DNA of 29,136 nucleotides. Origin: Thainema sp. (lineage in GTDB: Bacteria; Cyanobacteriota; Cyanobacteriia; Phormidesmidales; Phormidesmidaceae). Positions 27,663-29,136 of this stretch are shown piece after piece. Where the stretch lies: contig JBQLZK010000075.1 of NCBI GenBank assembly GCA_052168235.1, positions 1 to 29,136 on the forward strand. Reading direction: 5' to 3'. Position numbers and translations under genes: made by a program. Each line of letters begins with the position of its first letter. Position 1 is the first letter of the stretch. The notes under the pieces are model-generated. The model did no database searches and was not told the origin of the DNA. It was given only the letters and a program-made list of their open reading frames with translations.

Positions 27663-28760
27663 TTAAATGTAAGAGCGTAACAGTTGAATCATGGCGGCAA
27701 CTGCTGACAATGATGCCGTCTCATTCGGCGTATGGTAATCCGTGGTTGGAATTTGCAGCGTTGTGCCGCTGATCGCGCCATCGGTCGCGGCAATCAGGCG
27801 ACCCATTTCCGTTCGTCCCAGTGAGTAAGGTTTGGGGCGCACCTGATTTTGAGCTGCAATGTAGTCATCTTTATAGCCGTAGGTAATCCCTAACTGCTCA
27901 CAGCGGTCAGCTAATTCTTGAGTAATCTCCTGCGCAAAATCAGCACTGGCATCCTTACGGCGCAGCGTCACCTGCTGGGCATCTGCGGCTTCCCGGCAGT
28001 GATAGGGACTGGTATCTAGTACGATTAATCGCTGCGTTGTCAGCCGATAGCGCTGAAACCAAGACAGCGCATAGCGCCAACTGCGCCCCGATTCTTCTTG
28101 CGCGGTGAATAGAGCCGTTCCCTGAAAGCCGCAGCGGAATAGAAAGATGAGCATCGCTGCACTGATCACATTATCCAACTGGGCCGAAATGTAGCCGTCG
28201 TTAAACTGGAGCCGATCTAAAAACGCGATCGGCGTACCCGGCTGCAAATGCTCTAGACCATCGACTTCAAAAATTAAATTGCGTCGCTCAGGGCAGATAT
28301 AGGATCGTGTAATCATCCCCTGCCCCAAATACGTGCCGGTATAAGGCAAATGCGCCTGCACCCGCTGCCCCTGGAAACGGTTTTCAATCGTATTTAGCAT
28401 CTGCTCAGAGACTGAATCACCCGTCAGTTCGCCCTGATTTCCAGCGATAAAGGCTGCATACTGAAACTCGTTTGGCCCCGTACAGAGCAGACCATGACGG
28501 TCGATATGGGCAGATAAATACAGATCATCAGGCCGACTACCCTGCGCCACCAGTACCCCATAGTAATAGTTGACCTCGACGCCAACCTCTTCTAGTTCGC
28601 GGCTCAACACCCGAAAGAATGCGTCCTCGCTGCCCACAACGGCAGGTTCTCGGATGAGCTGCTGCAAAATTTCAATAAAATCGCTCAGTTCCGTTATCCC
28701 GAAGCCAATTTGGCCGTTATTGCAGACCATTTGCTCGATCACTAGGCTGAGAGGACTCAT
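27663..28760 (-). CDS. M42/M28-clan metallopeptidase-like protein
   Basis: Metal-ligand pattern SAHIDRHG, QLDN, QEESG, VLDT and YHTPNE. Confidence 0.8.
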   Translation of the reverse strand: MSPLSLVIEQMVCNNGQIGFGITELSDFIEILQQLIREPAVVGSEDAFFRVLSRELEEVGVEVNYYYGVLVAQGSRPDDLYLSAHIDRHGLLCTGPNEFQYAAFIAGNQGELTGDSVSEQMLNTIENRFQGQRVQAHLPYTGTYLGQGMITRSYICPERRNLIFEVDGLEHLQPGTPIAFLDRLQFNDGYISAQLDNVISAAMLIFLFRCGFQGTALFTAQEESGRSWRYALSWFQRYRLTTQRLIVLDTSPYHCREAADAQQVTLRRKDASADFAQEITQELADRCEQLGITYGYKDDYIAAQNQVRPKPYSLGRTEMGRLIAATDGAISGTTLQIPTTDYHTPNETASLSAVAAMIQLLRSYI

Positions 28761-29136
28761 CGTGGTACCGCCTTGTCCAAACGAAGGTAGAGAAATTGAG
28801 GGATTCGGTCTAAAGCACGGTGCTGATCAGTAGGCTGCAAGTGCGATCGCACTTGCAACTAACTTCAACAACTCCAGCAAACTTCAAACCATTACACCCT
28901 AAACAGCAATGCGCTTTTAGTAGACTGCAATACAGTTTTTCTCTGACGGTCAAAATAGGTATTTAAATCGGCGCTAATAAACGGTGATTTTGTGGCGAAA
29001 AGCGCTTTATTTCTTCTTTATACAGGGTTTTGTGGTGGGATGGCTACAGGGGGATCACGGGAGGAGGGGCTGTAGAGGCTAAAGGCGAGAGCGATTATCT
29101 TAAAAGTCAAGTCGAAAGGAGGTCAATTACGTCATA

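Larger units (their letters stand above)
317..28850. repeat. HIP1 (GCGATCGC) dispersed octamer, about 40 copies
   Basis: Counted by eye, from 317-324 to 28843-28850; hallmark of many cyanobacterial genomes. Confidence 0.95.

Noticed and set aside
29075..29136. AAGGAGGT near the window end (anti-SD of a 16S rRNA on the minus strand?)
   Set aside because: Lacks the GGATCACCTCC context; more likely a ribosome-binding site for a gene beyond the window

Overview
This is a core-chromosome segment of a cyanobacterium: about 40 HIP1 GCGATCGC sites counted by eye, plus psaE, ndhO and a CCB2/CCB4-family gene. It holds about 33 mostly housekeeping genes (rpsN, infC, dapL, msrP, mdh, ndhO, mutM, psaE, eda, aroC, gltX, ftsH2). 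Others encode two TetR regulators, two DUF4112 proteins, a pentapeptide-repeat protein, an ABC-2 permease, ChaN, YggT, DUF3598, a bactofilin and an M42-like peptidase. I see no rRNA, tRNA, CRISPR array, transposase, integrase or prophage gene, and no clearly new multi-gene system. The most notable signals are four. (1) infC apparently starts at a non-canonical ATC codon that the ORF track missed. (2) The intergenic DNA is dense with hairpin, MITE-like and REP-like elements; many share a GC-N3-GC apex, and one supplies a gene's stop codon. (3) A tight cupin-ChaN-CCB cluster suggests a heme-delivery link. (4) Three small single-helix membrane proteins have good ribosome-binding sites. All calls come from reading the sequence; no database searches were run.
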